NCBI RefSeq assembly: GCF_018977255.1
Contig: NW_024704742.1
Span: 114,268,001-114,328,000 of the forward strand
DNA length: 60,000 bases
Direction of reading: 5' to 3'
From: Callorhinchus milii
Taxonomy: Eukaryota
In this document: piece after piece, positions 12,774 to 24,930 of the stretch
Layout: each line of letters begins with the position of its first letter
Position numbering within the stretch: position 1 is the first letter of the stretch
Program-made: the position numbers and the translations under genes
Notes under the pieces: model-generated
The model's input: the letters and a program-made list of their open reading frames with translations, nothing else
What the model was told of the DNA's origin: nothing
Database searches by the model: none

Positions 12774-14413
12774 CTGCAACAAACAGTGACAGATGGGATT
12801 TTAATTCAAACAACCAAACAAGTCTTGGCACTCCACCAACAAGCAATCTATGCCACTGAGAAACAAAACGCTACTGTCTCAGTGGGTACGACAGCCTTAA
12901 TCCTTTCCCTAGTGCAAATTCATGCTATTTTGCATGTATTATTCTCATCTTCTCAGGTGTTGAACAAGCAAGCAGTTCTCAAACATTATCACCACATCAA
13001 TGCATTGCTTTAAGGACAAATTTACAATTGAGTATGTTCACAAAAAATTGTCATACTGTCTGCAGGTAAGTTTGAATAGTACAAACAGATTTTGGCCAAT
13101 CAGGTGCAGAGATGTGTGGACCTGTATCTCCAGTATCGTTTGCAAAACAGCATTTAATTTTATTGAATTCAATTCAACCCCAAGCTCGGCTGTGGTTGCT
13201 CATATCAAGAATGTGGTCACGTCATTTCTTGTATTTGAAATTGAACTATGCATTAAAGAACATGATCAACAGAAGTTTAAGTTTGATTCATGTGTGACTA
13301 ACTTCACAATACAGCAAAAGGGAATGACAATCAAACAACAAATTAGCAGTAAACTAACCAATGTATTTAGTTTAGTTATTTCTGATAGAACATCAGCAAC
13401 ATTTTTAACAAGTTGCTTTCTCCACTGTCTTCTTGAAATGTGAGATCTGTTTACCAGTTTTTCAGTTTACCTTTTTGTCAATTTCATGGAGTTTCTTTGA
13501 TCAGAGCTATTACATAAAAATGTTTTAAACTGCGGTGACACAGCTCCTTGGTAATGCAGTGGTAGGACATGCTTCAATCTTCTGTAGTTGCAGGTTCTAA
13601 TGTGGTCGAAATCAGAGGTGTACACTTGCATTCCATACATCTGAGAGATTTGTAGGTTCTTAGCTCGCTATTGGTGCAGTATCACACCCGAATAAAAGCT
13701 GCTGGGTGCCTCCTTGACTCTTATCTAGACATAGGTGAATGAGCACCTTTTACTGTTTCTCTCCCTCCCCGAAAATAATTCTCTGAGACTTGCAAAGAGG
13801 TCAACTGCCTTAGTTCATGATGGCAGGCGATGCAATATAAAGGATACCAGATTCAAGAGGTACATTTAATTCTTAATGTACAAGTAATTATAAAACCGAA
13901 AGCTGCAACATCAAACTTGACATTAATCAATTGCACACAATTTAGAACAACTGTAGGTCTACACTTTATCTACAAAAGTAAACTTAAAAACCTATATGAG
14001 TCGGATAATAAATCTTGAAATGTTCGACTGAACAAAAAGATTGCAACACACTCCATTGTTTATAATCAACTTGGGACAAACTGCAATCAGCGTCTGGTCA
14101 GATTAGCACTCTCAATCAATCTGAAACAAGCATTTGCATATTAAAATGTATAAATTACTGCACTGATAGAAAATCTAAGTCAGAAAAGATATCATCTTGA
14201 ACCTATCTATTGTTGCTGTATTTATGAACAATAACAGTCATATAGCGATTGCATTTTGGAATAAGCAGCTAAATGAACTGATATAGCTTTGCACAAAAAC
14301 GGACATAAATCAAAGACTTTTTTCTGGCTCATTTCTTTCTATGCTCCATTTCTTAGTTAATGTTTTGTTTCTCTCCCTCAAACGCTAGATGCAACAGTAC
14401 TCTATGTACTTAC

Positions 14414-14481
14414 ATGTTCATGCCAGGCATGCCTGGGCCACCTAAAGCATTCAGCGGGGGCCTCATTCCTCCTCCGTAACT
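14414..14481 (-). CDS. SSBP2: SSBP2 coding exon ([22 protein letters not shown]), 68 nt, phase 0-2; extendable to 14505 by an alternative acceptor
   Basis: ttgcag|AGT TAC GGA...ATG AAC AT|gtaagt. An upstream acceptor ggtag| at 14506-14507 adds SDPWLSLQ in frame. Confidence 0.95.
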
Positions 14482-14824
14482 CTGCAATGATAACCAAGGG
14501 TCAGACTACCATAAAAAAAAGAAAAACCAAAGAGGAGGGGGAGGGGGAGGGGGGGAAAAAAGGAAAGTAGGTTAATGATTTCCCGAGTAAAATGCTAGAA
14601 GGACAGAGGCCTATGTTTTCAACAAGAACACTACTGAAAGTTCAGAAGAAACTTAACCTTCATACCTATATTAAAATGAATTGCATGCAAAACCATTTTT
14701 AGTTCTATATCCAAGAATAACTTGGCAAATTAAGAATGAATGTAATGCATTCCAAACAATGAATTTATGACCTTTAGTTGTAGAGAGGTACATAACTAGC
14801 AATGTAAAAACAGTTACTAATTAC

Positions 14825-14898
14825 CTGTGGTCCTAAAGGAGGAACCATCCCTCGTGGAGGAGTCATTCTCTGCATCGGCCCACCCATGTTTGGATGCC
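14825..14898 (-). CDS. SSBP2: SSBP2 coding exon ([25 protein letters not shown]), 74 nt, phase 1-0
   Basis: atacag|GG CAT CCA AAC...CCA CAG|gtaatt. Phase is compatible with the previous exon. Confidence 0.96.
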
Positions 14899-15194
14899 CT
14901 GTATTGACACGATGTTACAAATGTAAATAAATCCTATGAAGATTACAAAGGTTTCTTCGAGATATCAGCACCAAAACTGAAGTTCATATTACATTCAATT
15001 CATGTTATGATAAATCTTCAGTATAAAAAAATTGAATATATATTAAATATCCTGTAAAGGCTGTCAGATCATCCCAAATCTATGGCTCTTTTTGGTTTTT
15101 AATTTCTACCCCTCTCCTTCTCCTAGCTCCAGCAACTACAACAACAACAACAACAAACAGGTTAAGCTAAGTTTTAAATTTACTTCTTTGCAAT

Positions 15195-15697
15195 TTCATG
15201 TTATCAGGGATGAGTGGATGCAATTATCAGGATAGACTGGACAGGTTGGAACGCGTTTTCCCAGGGGATGAGCCAAAGAGAGGGGACCTGATAAAGATTT
15301 TTAAAATTATGAAAGGTTTTGATAAGGTAAGCAAACATCAATAAACAACAACAATTTACATTTGTATACTGTGTCCATTTGTTGGGAGTTCATAACAAAA
15401 TGGGATAATATATGATATCCACTCACAGATGTATAAGAGAGTTTGGGAGGGCCTTCTTTATGCACAGAGTGTGTTAAGAATGTGAACCTCACTGTTGTGG
15501 TCAAAACAAAAAACATAAAAATATTTAAGAGGAAACTTGATGCATACATAAATTAGATGGGAATAGAGCGATAGATGGGGCTGGGGGGGGGAAGCGAGGA
15601 AAGGGAGAATTAGAATGAATAGAGATTCATTTGGAGGATCGATACCAACACAGACTACCTGGGCTGAATGGCCAGCTTTGATGCTGTAGATTCTATT
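15195..15697 (+). mobile_element. Decayed CR1 LINE 3' fragment
   Basis: agaggggacctgataaagatttttaaaattatgaaaggttttgataagg, ttctttatgcacagagtgtg and gggctgaatggcc tail, homologous to 33020-33490. Confidence 0.8.
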
Positions 15698-15776
15698 TAA
15701 TTGAAGAACAAATATACTGTGTCTCTGAAACTTATACTTCTTCTCGTGAGTATTATACAACACAGGAAATAGTTAC

Positions 15777-15843
15777 CTTGTTGTCGTGTTGGATCTATTC
15801 CACTGGGAAGCAAAGGTTGTGTTCCTGGGACTCCTCCAAGTGG
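15777..15843 (-). CDS. SSBP2: SSBP2 coding exon ([23 protein letters not shown]), 67 nt, phase 0-1
   Basis: cccttccctaccag|CCA CTT GGA...CAA CAA G|gtaact. The peptide is also visible inside ORF 15697..15924(-). Confidence 0.96.
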
Positions 15844-16294
15844 CTGGTAGGGAAGGGGAGAGGAAAAAGAAACTAGCTGAGCTAAAGGTATACTTTTACA
15901 GTTTAATATTTGTTGTGACTGCAACCTTCAACTTTGTTACAAACAAGTTAAGACTCTTATGCTGATACAGTATGCTCACATCAAATACAGCAGTTTCTTA
16001 TAACTGAAGTCTATTACATTCTCAATGACATACTTTATATCTATATTCTCCAACCAAAGAGATATCATAATAATGGACATTAGATCTGGTTTATGCTTAT
16101 TGCAACCGTGTAAAACTGTGCTAATGTAAATGCTGTTTCATGTCATTTTTCACTATTCAGCAATTTTACATCTTGCATTATTGCTCATGATAAGATTTTG
16201 TGCACTGGAATGTAGTGGGGCAGTCATATGCAGTGGTTCCCAGGGTTACTAGTAACTGCAAACTTATTCTGAAAAAAGATCAGCAACCAGCCAT

Positions 16295-16470
16295 GAAGAG
16301 AAATGACCAATTTTATTTAGAGAATTGTTGGCAAGGACACTGGGAAAAATTCCCTTCTCTTTTCGAATGATACCATGAGATTATTAACATTCACCTGAAC
16401 AGGTAGGCGAATCCTCAGTTTAACATCTCACCCAAAAATCTAACAATGCATTATAATCCCAGCACTGCTT
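16295..16470 (-). mobile_element. Old DeuSINE-like fragment
   Basis: The reverse complement aligns with 6200-6310 and 18190-18330 (ttggcaaggacactggg...cccttctcttttcgaat...catg...acattcacctgaacag). Confidence 0.6.
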
Positions 16471-16587
16471 TCGATTGTTAAAAGTGGATTTGGATATATG
16501 TGACATTTTAGACCAACTCTCTGGAAGGTCATTTATCTGTTGAGTTTTTGTTTCTTGAACCTTAGTTAACTCCATTATAATAATAGA

Positions 16588-16950
16588 TAATAATAATACT
16601 TGCATTTGATATAGCGCCTTTTGCATCGTTGAGACGCATCACAGAATATATTGCAAAGTGAATTGACTGTATTTTGTGGGTGAAACGTGGCAGCCAATTG
16701 CACACAGCAGTCTCCCACAAACAGTTGTGGATTGAGTCATTTGAGGTTTTTTTGGGGGGTGGGGGGGGGAGGGATTATTACCCCTGGAAAGCAATCCTCC
16801 AATCAACTAACAACCAGGATCTTACCTATTGCTAGGTAAACAGAGGTGTGTGGATTAAAGAGACTTGCCTAAACTTTCACTCCACCCAGGAATCGAATAT
16901 GGGTTCTCTCATTTGAGAGGCAAGTGGCTAACCACTACACTACAGAACAC
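16588..16950 (-). mobile_element. tRNA-derived SINE, long subfamily
   Basis: (aat)n tail, gcagccaattgcacacagca body, ggaatcgaa B-box complement and tRNA-like head. Confidence 0.88.
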
Positions 16951-17440
16951 TTATAAAAATGTTCTTTAAAACATGATTCAGTTATACCATGGTTGCAATG
17001 TGAATACCGTTTGCGTTCATGTGCACAGCAGTCTCCTGGCTTCTCATGTGCCGACCAGCTCTTGCACTAAAATGTCAAATTTCCAGGTCATTAAGTCACC
17101 ACTCACATTACTTTCTGCTTACAGTACATATGCAACACACAGCAAGTGACATTGGCAGTGATACAATGACTCAGAAATTGGCCATTATTGCTTCCCGCAG
17201 GTTTAGTGCACAGGAATTGATGTTGGTGCTGGCTGGGCTGATGTTGGCTGGAAGTTGGCTTTTTTTTATTACTATGGGAATCGGCCAGTGCACAGGGAGT
17301 GAGTCAGCTGGCTGTAGGCATACACAATGAAACCAATTATTATGGATCCCAATCACTGCAAGGTGTAGAAAGTGTCTCTGACTGCTCATGCTCTTGTCAA
17401 AGTTTGTGAGCTTGAGGAGCAGCTGGAGATGCTGTGTTAC

Positions 17441-17795
17441 ATAATAATAATCCTCGCATTTGATATAGCCCCTTATGGCATTGTCTCAAAGCGCTTCACA
17501 GAATATACTGTAAAGTAAATTGACCATATATTTTGTGAGCCAAACGCGGCAGCCAATTGCGCACAGCAGGGTCCCATAAACAGTCCCATTGAGTAACCAA
17601 ATTATTATTTGTTTCTGAAGGGATTATTACTGCTAGAAAGCGATCCGCCAATCAACTAATAACCGGGTTCCTACTTACTGCTCGGTAAACAGAAGCACGT
17701 GAAGTAAGGAAACTTGCCTAAGTTTTCGCCCTGCCCAGAAATCGAACCCATGTCCTCTCACTTGTGAGGCGAGTGTTCTAACCAATACACTACAT
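17441..17795 (-). mobile_element. tRNA-derived SINE, long subfamily
   Basis: Same architecture as 16588-16950 and 58452-58828. Confidence 0.88.
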
Positions 17796-18111
17796 GAAAG
17801 GCTGGAGGGTAGCTGGAGATCAGCCAGAAATTGGGAATCTGACATAGAACTAATGACAGAGAAGCTTTCAGGTTCCGAAAAGGGATTTTTCTGGATTTAA
17901 GAGTTAAATTAAAAAGCAGGACCTCAAGGATCATAATCTTATATCGTCAAAATATCTCAAAGCACTTCACAGGATTTACAGTAAAGCGTAGTTACTATTT
18001 AATGATAAATACAACAGCCAATTTGCACTGAGCAATGTCCCATAAAGAACCAAGATCTGTCTTAAAATTCAGCCGAAAGTATTGAGATGGAACGCTATTC
18101 CCTGCTAGTAT

Positions 18112-18330
18112 TGGTGTCAGCTTGGTTTAATTGATATTTTGCTTGCCACTGAATTTGAAAGTTGTGGTTTCAAGCCCTAATGCATTACTGGGGAGTGCTG
18201 CATTGTTGGGAGTTATCGTCTTTCAAATGAAATATTAAACCATGTTCTAATCGGTTTGTTCTGCAGATATATATTAAATATTCCAATGACAATATTCAAA
18301 AGAGAAGGGAATTTATCCCAGTGTCCTGAT
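18112..18330 (+). mobile_element. Old DeuSINE-like element (decayed tRNA head plus Deu core)
   Basis: gtcagcttggtttaattg...gttgtggtttcaagccc head, gagtgctgcattgttgg, and attcaaaagagaagggaatttatcccagtgtcctg. Confidence 0.6.
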
Positions 18331-19559
18331 TAATACTAGTGAAATCAAATGTAAAAAACACTAATGAAGAATCACTTTCATCCTTATATAAACAAGTTCA
18401 CATCAACACATTGTATAAGTTTTGACTATTTTATAATACTAATTAATATTCAAGTTATTTTCTTTGCTCAGTAATCTCCTTGCACTATGTACTGCCAATT
18501 TCTATGACTCGTATCAGAATTGGTCTCACAGGTGTTAGTCATTCCTTCTTTCAGCAGTGCATCAAAATCTAGTTCATTCGCAGAGTAACACTGTCATGTA
18601 TAGCCAAAGGGTTTGTTCAATTAAATTTAATAATCAGAACCTGCATAGCACTCTTGTCTATACACAACTACATTTGAATTCTTATTATTAATTTCTTCAC
18701 GGCTACATCTTCCATCTCATGCTAATGCGCTCTCAGCAAAATCTCACTGACTGCACCACCATTTCAACCCAGTTCAAAATACTAAGACAACATTAAATCT
18801 GCAGTTTCATGATTTGGTAAAGTTTCCCTAAAGACTTGCTTGATCATTTACAAAGATGTAAGACAAGGAGAATACATCTTTCCTTTATAGTAATATTCCC
18901 TTTACTGAGAAAGTTGCAAATTAGTTTGTGTACTTCTTTTTGACTTGCAGACACTTGGTAACAAACAACATTACATGGATATCTTTGTTGTGCCATTTTA
19001 GGAACTGGTATTTTCTGTCCAAGTATGTTACTCTGTAAACCAGGAAAGAACTTGTACCCAAAATGAACTACTGGAATTATAATAACTAACTTCATTATGT
19101 TTTATCTCAACAGCATTGTAAATTCTTAAAGACTTCATTGTGGAAAGTTAAAGTGCACTATTTTCTATACTGGTTGCAATGACTTAGAAACAGATGGGTG
19201 AAACTGTATAACCATACAGATTGATGTTATCTATTCTACGAAACAGCAGTTAGAACACAACCAAGTTTGACTTTTGCATGAATTACTGAAAGCTTGTTTC
19301 CTTCTTTTACTATCTTAAAAGTCTGTTTTGGGGGACTTTACTGCACATTGTCAATATCATCCCTGCAACTTGGGTTGGATCCAATCCAATACAAATTCCA
19401 TGGCTCCTTACAAGTAGACTGTAGAATTTAAAGCATATCATTGTTGCAGATGTTTAGACATAGAAAAATACATGTACCACTGCAATCAGCAGTAAACGAA
19501 ACAGCTGGAAACTAAAATATGCAGTGTTTAGTAATATCATACAATTACTAAGGTTTTAC

Positions 19560-19619
19560 CTGGTTGGGTATTCTGAGTGGTGGCCTGGGGCCTCCTGGAT
19601 AACGAGGTGACATGAAAGG
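19560..19619 (-). CDS. SSBP2: SSBP2 coding exon ([20 protein letters not shown]), 60 nt, phase 0-0
   Basis: gttgcag|CCT TTC ATG...AAC CAG|gtaaaa. The peptide is SSBP2-type (SSBP3 has RYAGGPRPPIRMGNQ as recalled). Confidence 0.96.
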
Positions 19620-20334
19620 CTGCAACAGGCAAATAGATGGAAAAAACAATTGTTTAACAAAAATAATTTGTTATGTAGCATTTCTTTTTAAGTTTACATT
19701 TTTATTGTAATATTCTTAACTCCAAGCAGTCTCTCTCAGTGAAAAGAGAAACTATGGACGTTCAAAATGCTGTTGATCTGCATGCCTAGACTGCAAGGTT
19801 TTGACCTGGTCATTTTTTTCTCTCTCCAATAAACAAATGTTCGGGCAACAACCAACAAAACTCACTACATATGCAGCTGGTAGAGCTGAAAGTAAACCAA
19901 AACTTAAGTTTCTAAATTAATAAACCAAACCTGACAATTGACAATGTTGAAACATATTAAAATTTGTCAGCACAGATGAAATTAAATGATTAGTTTGCAC
20001 AAAAATAAAACTGGTATAAAATCCAGTGAGCTATAGACTTTAGCAACTATACTTGGTACAGCAAATTTCTTATAAAAACATCTCTCGAAGACTGATCGAC
20101 CTATTTTCTAAACGTTTACCACAAAGTCTCCAAACCAAGTAATGGGTGATCAATTCATGTTGGTAATTCCTGATGAGATTTCACTGTGCATAGTTAGCCA
20201 TTTTAATTTTTTTTATTGAAATATCTGTAGTACATGGCAACAATGAAACCAATTAATTACCTATACATATATTTCTGCAATTTTAAAGGATGTAGCTTTT
20301 CAACGACTAATTTAAAATGTTTTCCAGTCCACAG

Positions 20335-22070
20335 CAACAACAAAATTACATTTGTATAGGACCTTTCACATCGGGAGGACATTACAAGGCGCTGGACAAT
20401 CAGTGTTTTTGGCTCGAGCTGGGGGTCAGGATCGGGGAGTTTGGAGAGTAGGGGGGGGAAAGGAGGGTGATTGAAGGTATGGTCGAAGAGAGGGTCTTGA
20501 GACAAGTCTTGAAGGAGGCAATAGACGGGTCTTGAGGGGGGCGAGGTGGAGGGACTGTAGTATGGAGTTCCAGAGGGTGGGGTCAGAGTGGCTGAAGGCC
20601 CACCAATGGCGGGGCGGGCGAGGCAGGGGACTTGAAGGAGGCCGGAGCCCGCTGAACAGAGGGAGCGGGTAGGTTGGTAGGGTGTAAGAGGTTGCAGAGG
20701 TAGTGGGGAGCAAGACCATGGAGGGCTTTGAAAGTGAGGACCAGGATCTTGAACTGTATCCTCTGTGTGATGGGAAGCCAGTGAAGTGGGGCGAGGATAG
20801 GGGTGATAGGGTCGTGGAGTCTGGTGCAGGAGAGGACACGGGCTGCAGAGTTCTGGATGATATGCAGCCTATGAAGGTAGGAGTTGGGGAGGCCGACATG
20901 CAGGGAGTTTGCGTAGTCGAGCCTTTGAGTACAAAACCCTCGCTCTTATCTTTAAAGCCCCTCCACGATTTTGCTTGCCCCACCTCTCCGACCTCAGAAG
21001 CCCATATCAGCCTGTTGGCTCCTCCGCTCGGCGGACACTGCTTCAGGTTCCCCCCACATCCCGCCCCACCATTGCCAGTCGGGCATTCAGCATCTCTACC
21101 CCCACACTCTGGAACTCTATCCCGCAATCCGTCTGCTTCAGCCCTCTCTTGCCTCCTTCAAGTTCCGTCTGAAGACTTTTCTCTTCGATCGTGCCTTCAG
21201 CTATCCTCCCACCACCCCTGCCCTCTTCCCCTTCTGACCACAACAAACAGCTCGAGTTAAAAACCCGATTGTCCAGAGCCCTGGGACATCTTTCCGATGT
21301 GAAATGGGCTATACAAGTGTCATTTGTAATTTGTTGTTGTTGCTGGATGTTCTGATTGCGTGTATGAGGGTCTCGGCGGCCTGCAGTATGAGACAGTGGC
21401 GGAGCGAGCGATGTTGTGGAGGTGGGGAAAGGTGTAGCAGGTCATGGCACAGATGTGGGGTATGAAGGACAGTTGAGGGTCAAACAGGACACTGAGGTTT
21501 TGTATTGGCTCCATGAGATGTAGAGTGCATCCATGGAGAGAGATGCTGTCAGCACACGAGGTATGGAGGTGCTGACGGGAGCCAAGCAGGAGAGCCTCGA
21601 TCTTGTTGATATTCAACTGCAGGAAGTTAGCTCTCATCTAGGACTTGATGTCCGACAGGCAGTCTGTGTGGACAGCAGTGGTCCTGGAATAGAGGGTGAA
21701 GGCAGAGAGATAGAGTTGGGTGTTATCCGCATACATGTGGAAGTTGACCCCATGTCTGTGAATGATGTCACCAAGGGGGAGCATATAGATATTGAAAAGA
21801 AGAGGGCCAAGGACAGAGTCCTGAAGAACGCCACATATAACGGTGTGGGGGCTGGAGGAGAAGCCGTTAGTGGCGACAAAATGGAGATGGTGGGAGAGGT
21901 AGAATTTGAACCACGCAAGGGCAGGTCCACGAATATTGAGCTGAGAGGAAAGGCTGTGTAGGAAGATAGAATGGTCGACTGCCGAAGGCAGCAGAAAGGT
22001 TGAGGAGGATAAGGAGGCAGAGAGAGCCCTCGTCGCAGATGTTCAGAATGTAGTTACCGATATCAACTTT
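20335..22070 (-). mobile_element. L2 LINE 3' portion (RT C-terminal half plus 3' UTR), interrupted by a nested L2 at 20925-21342
   Basis: Minus-strand peptides ICDEGSLCLLILLNLSAAF, MRANFLQLNINKIEALLLGSRQ and RLDYANSL, with a (caa)n tail on the plus strand at 20335. Confidence 0.9.
20925..21342 (+). mobile_element. L2 LINE 3' fragment nested in opposite orientation
   Basis: EYKTLALIFKA...RAFSISTPTLWNSIPQS peptide and a (ttg)n tail ending at about 21342. Confidence 0.88.
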
Positions 22071-24394
22071 AATATAAACTAACGGTGAATGCGAAAGGCA
22101 CTTCATCTCAGGATGTTAGGTTCATGCCTCCATTCCTTATCTCACCAAGATCACCAGATAAACAGTGAGCAGAGGCTCCAAATAAAATGTAATATCAATA
22201 CCTTTGCATTTACTTTTACAATAATTTTCTTGTGCCCACTCTATCTGCTTAATCACATATTTAAATGTGAAGTCATATAGCACCACAGAAACCTCCAAAT
22301 ATTTTTGTAGTTTTCTGTTATAACTTTTATACGAAACATCATTCTAAGTGGTACCTGGCAGTCCTGAAATCTTTTTTCTAAAGAAAGTTTTGGACTTGTA
22401 GAAAAGCCACATTTAGATTGCTCCTAAATTCAGTAGCTGACCATTTACATCAAATAAAGACACTTTCTATAAGTTTTACTTTTTATTTGGAAATCTTGTG
22501 AAGTAGTTTACAGTAATAGGCTTTTTTTAAAATAGACATTGCACTGTAATTGCCAGTACTGCTGTGGACTCAACTGTACCAAAGTCTAATGGATAATTAG
22601 AAAATAGATTGTATTCAATGCTTGTATTATCTATGTACTTCTGTAAAGGTAACATGTAATTTAAGTAATATTTTAAAATTAAAGCAATTAGCTACACAAA
22701 GAACCTCCTTTCAGCTTTCAAATGCCAGCTTCAAAGACATTTTGGTGTACAGCATTTTTGATGTTTCACATATTTAAACAGGTATCCTGTTTTCAGAGAC
22801 TTGTTTTGAGTGTAATTTATATAGAAGATAAAAGTTAGTAATGTGGACTCTCCAATAAATGAATTTTCATTTTCTTTACTGTTCCCAACGAGAGTCTGAG
22901 GTCATTCAAGATTAGTTTTAAGAATCAAACATGATCAAACAAACACTAAACCCATTAATTGCTGAACCATCAACAATGGGAGTGGCAAGGGAAACAGAAT
23001 GCTTATTTATAGCATTTTTAGATAACCTACACTAAATTTAGATTTCAAACATAAGGATACTTAAGAAAGAACAAAGATAATGAAAAAAANGCCTAGTTGC
23101 ATTTAGGCTACAATATGACAAAACAAGAAAAAAATTGGTGTTGTGTGGTAGATAAAAAGATTGCAGAAGTAATACAAGTTTAGTTGTAAGGAAGTGTGCT
23201 TTTTGGTCATGTTTGTCCATTGCTGACTGTAAAATGTAACACAAGTTAGATTTTAATTTCATTTTCAAATGTTAAAAGGTATTAAGAGATGGCATTAATA
23301 CTCTTTGCAGATTCATTCTTTATGGTCATTTTAATAATCAAAACAATTTGGTAGCTGCAAGATCCTTTTTAGTTTTAGTTTAGTTTAACTTTACTTAAGA
23401 CATTATTTTAAATAATAAGTCAACAAAATTGATGTATCGGCTAATAATGTAGAGAATGGATATATTTTAGCCATGCAGGTGTTAAACTGACCCAGAGTAC
23501 ATTTCATAACTATAAGGGAATGCATATTCTGGTAAATAAAAATGATCTTAGTTTCAAAAATAATGAAGCCAGAATAAGGAGTTAAAAGATGGTCCAAGAT
23601 ACTGAAAGGAATGGGCAGTAGGGGGTGCTTGGACCCAAATCTAAGCAGACACGATTTTCATGGGCAGCTTTGGAAAAACATAACTACAGCAGCTCTGATC
23701 AATAGACCAGCCACAAAGTGGTAAGTTTAAAAATATAATTGTAAAAAAAATAATGTGACAGAATATTTATTTCATAAATACTTAAGAGGCCTTATCATAG
23801 AATTTACAATCAAAGAAATGTGTACGAACTGAAGATCAGTTTATGTTTGCAAAATAAAGCAAAAATTACTATTGTGGTATCCTGTGATTTTAGTAAAAAT
23901 ATTACTCACCCAGCCAAACCCTCACTTACCCTTTAGAAAGGTTTATTGCAATTGTGAGTGCTATATTTTAGGTGCTTTTAAGCAATGTGACATTTTAATT
24001 TACTTGACCAAATCCAGAATTTATTTTCGAAGTGTCTTTACTGAGCTGCCTCCACTTAGTAATAAAATCCACACTAAGCAAGATGCAACGTTCTACTCAG
24101 TAGACAAGTCAAGAATATAAAGCTAGTAACCTAAATATTGCAGTTAGTTATACCATCAATACATGGGTTTGTGCCAGTGAGAAAATTAAGATTCCTCACA
24201 AAGTACTCCACCAGTAAGAGCCATGCTCAAGATGATCAATGCAAGGAAGCTACAAGTGCAAGCACAAATTACTCTTGCAGAGCCAAATCAGAAAAGCATA
24301 GGAACTATTGAATAACAAACCATAAAACACAGTAGATATTATCAGATTTGATGTTTAAACAGCTTTTGTTGAATAGCTACTTGTACCCTCCTAC

Positions 24395-24478
24395 CTGGCT
24401 GTGAGGTCCCATCATGGGATTGCTGGGGTTGTGTGGTGGAGGTTGTGCATGTGGCGAGGGCTGTGAACCTGGTGGTCC
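24395..24478 (-). CDS. SSBP2: SSBP2 coding exon (GPPGSQPSPHAQPPPHNPSNPMMGPHSQ), 84 nt, phase 0-0, probably alternative
   Basis: tctccag|GGA CCA CCA...CAC AGC CAG|gtagga. In frame with both neighbours and nearly identical to the corresponding SSBP3 exon peptide as recalled. Confidence 0.92.
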
Positions 24479-24930
24479 CTGGAGACAATTACAAACAAAA
24501 ATTAGCCAGCAGCACAGTTAGCATAATTACTGACCAGCTCTGCCAAGTATATCTCAAATTGAGATTAGATTACACCTTTTTAAAATCTTTGTACTCCTAA
24601 ATGGTTAAGTGGTATTATTGTAAACTGCCAATTATTCTCCCAACATGTGAACCTATTTTTATAAACATTGGTGGAAATATAACATTAAAACAAACTATTT
24701 TCACTAGCATCATCCCATAGTACCAGCAGCAGCTTCCTTTGATTATATTCAGAAATTAGTTGAAGGCCTGAAAAGTACCATGTTTCAGTTGTGTTTCTGC
24801 AGGTAGTGAACATGTGCAACATTCAGAAAGTAACGTCAGTGGCTACCTGGCTTTTTTAGCACGAGAAGCCAGTCAGTCACCCCAGAAGCCAAGTGTACCA
24901 CACTTCCAGTATAATACAGGTCCACAGTAC

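Noticed and set aside
12771..12775. Second AG two nucleotides inside the exon acceptor (cagAG)
   Set aside because: Using it would shift the reading frame. The first AG keeps GPGGGRPW in frame.
13000..13443. 147-aa plus-strand ORF
   Set aside because: It is antisense within an SSBP2 intron, has AT-rich non-coding composition and shows no recognisable domain.
20426..21961. Several long overlapping ORFs (233, 185 and 142 aa)
   Set aside because: They are off-frame or antisense readings of GC-rich L2 remnants.
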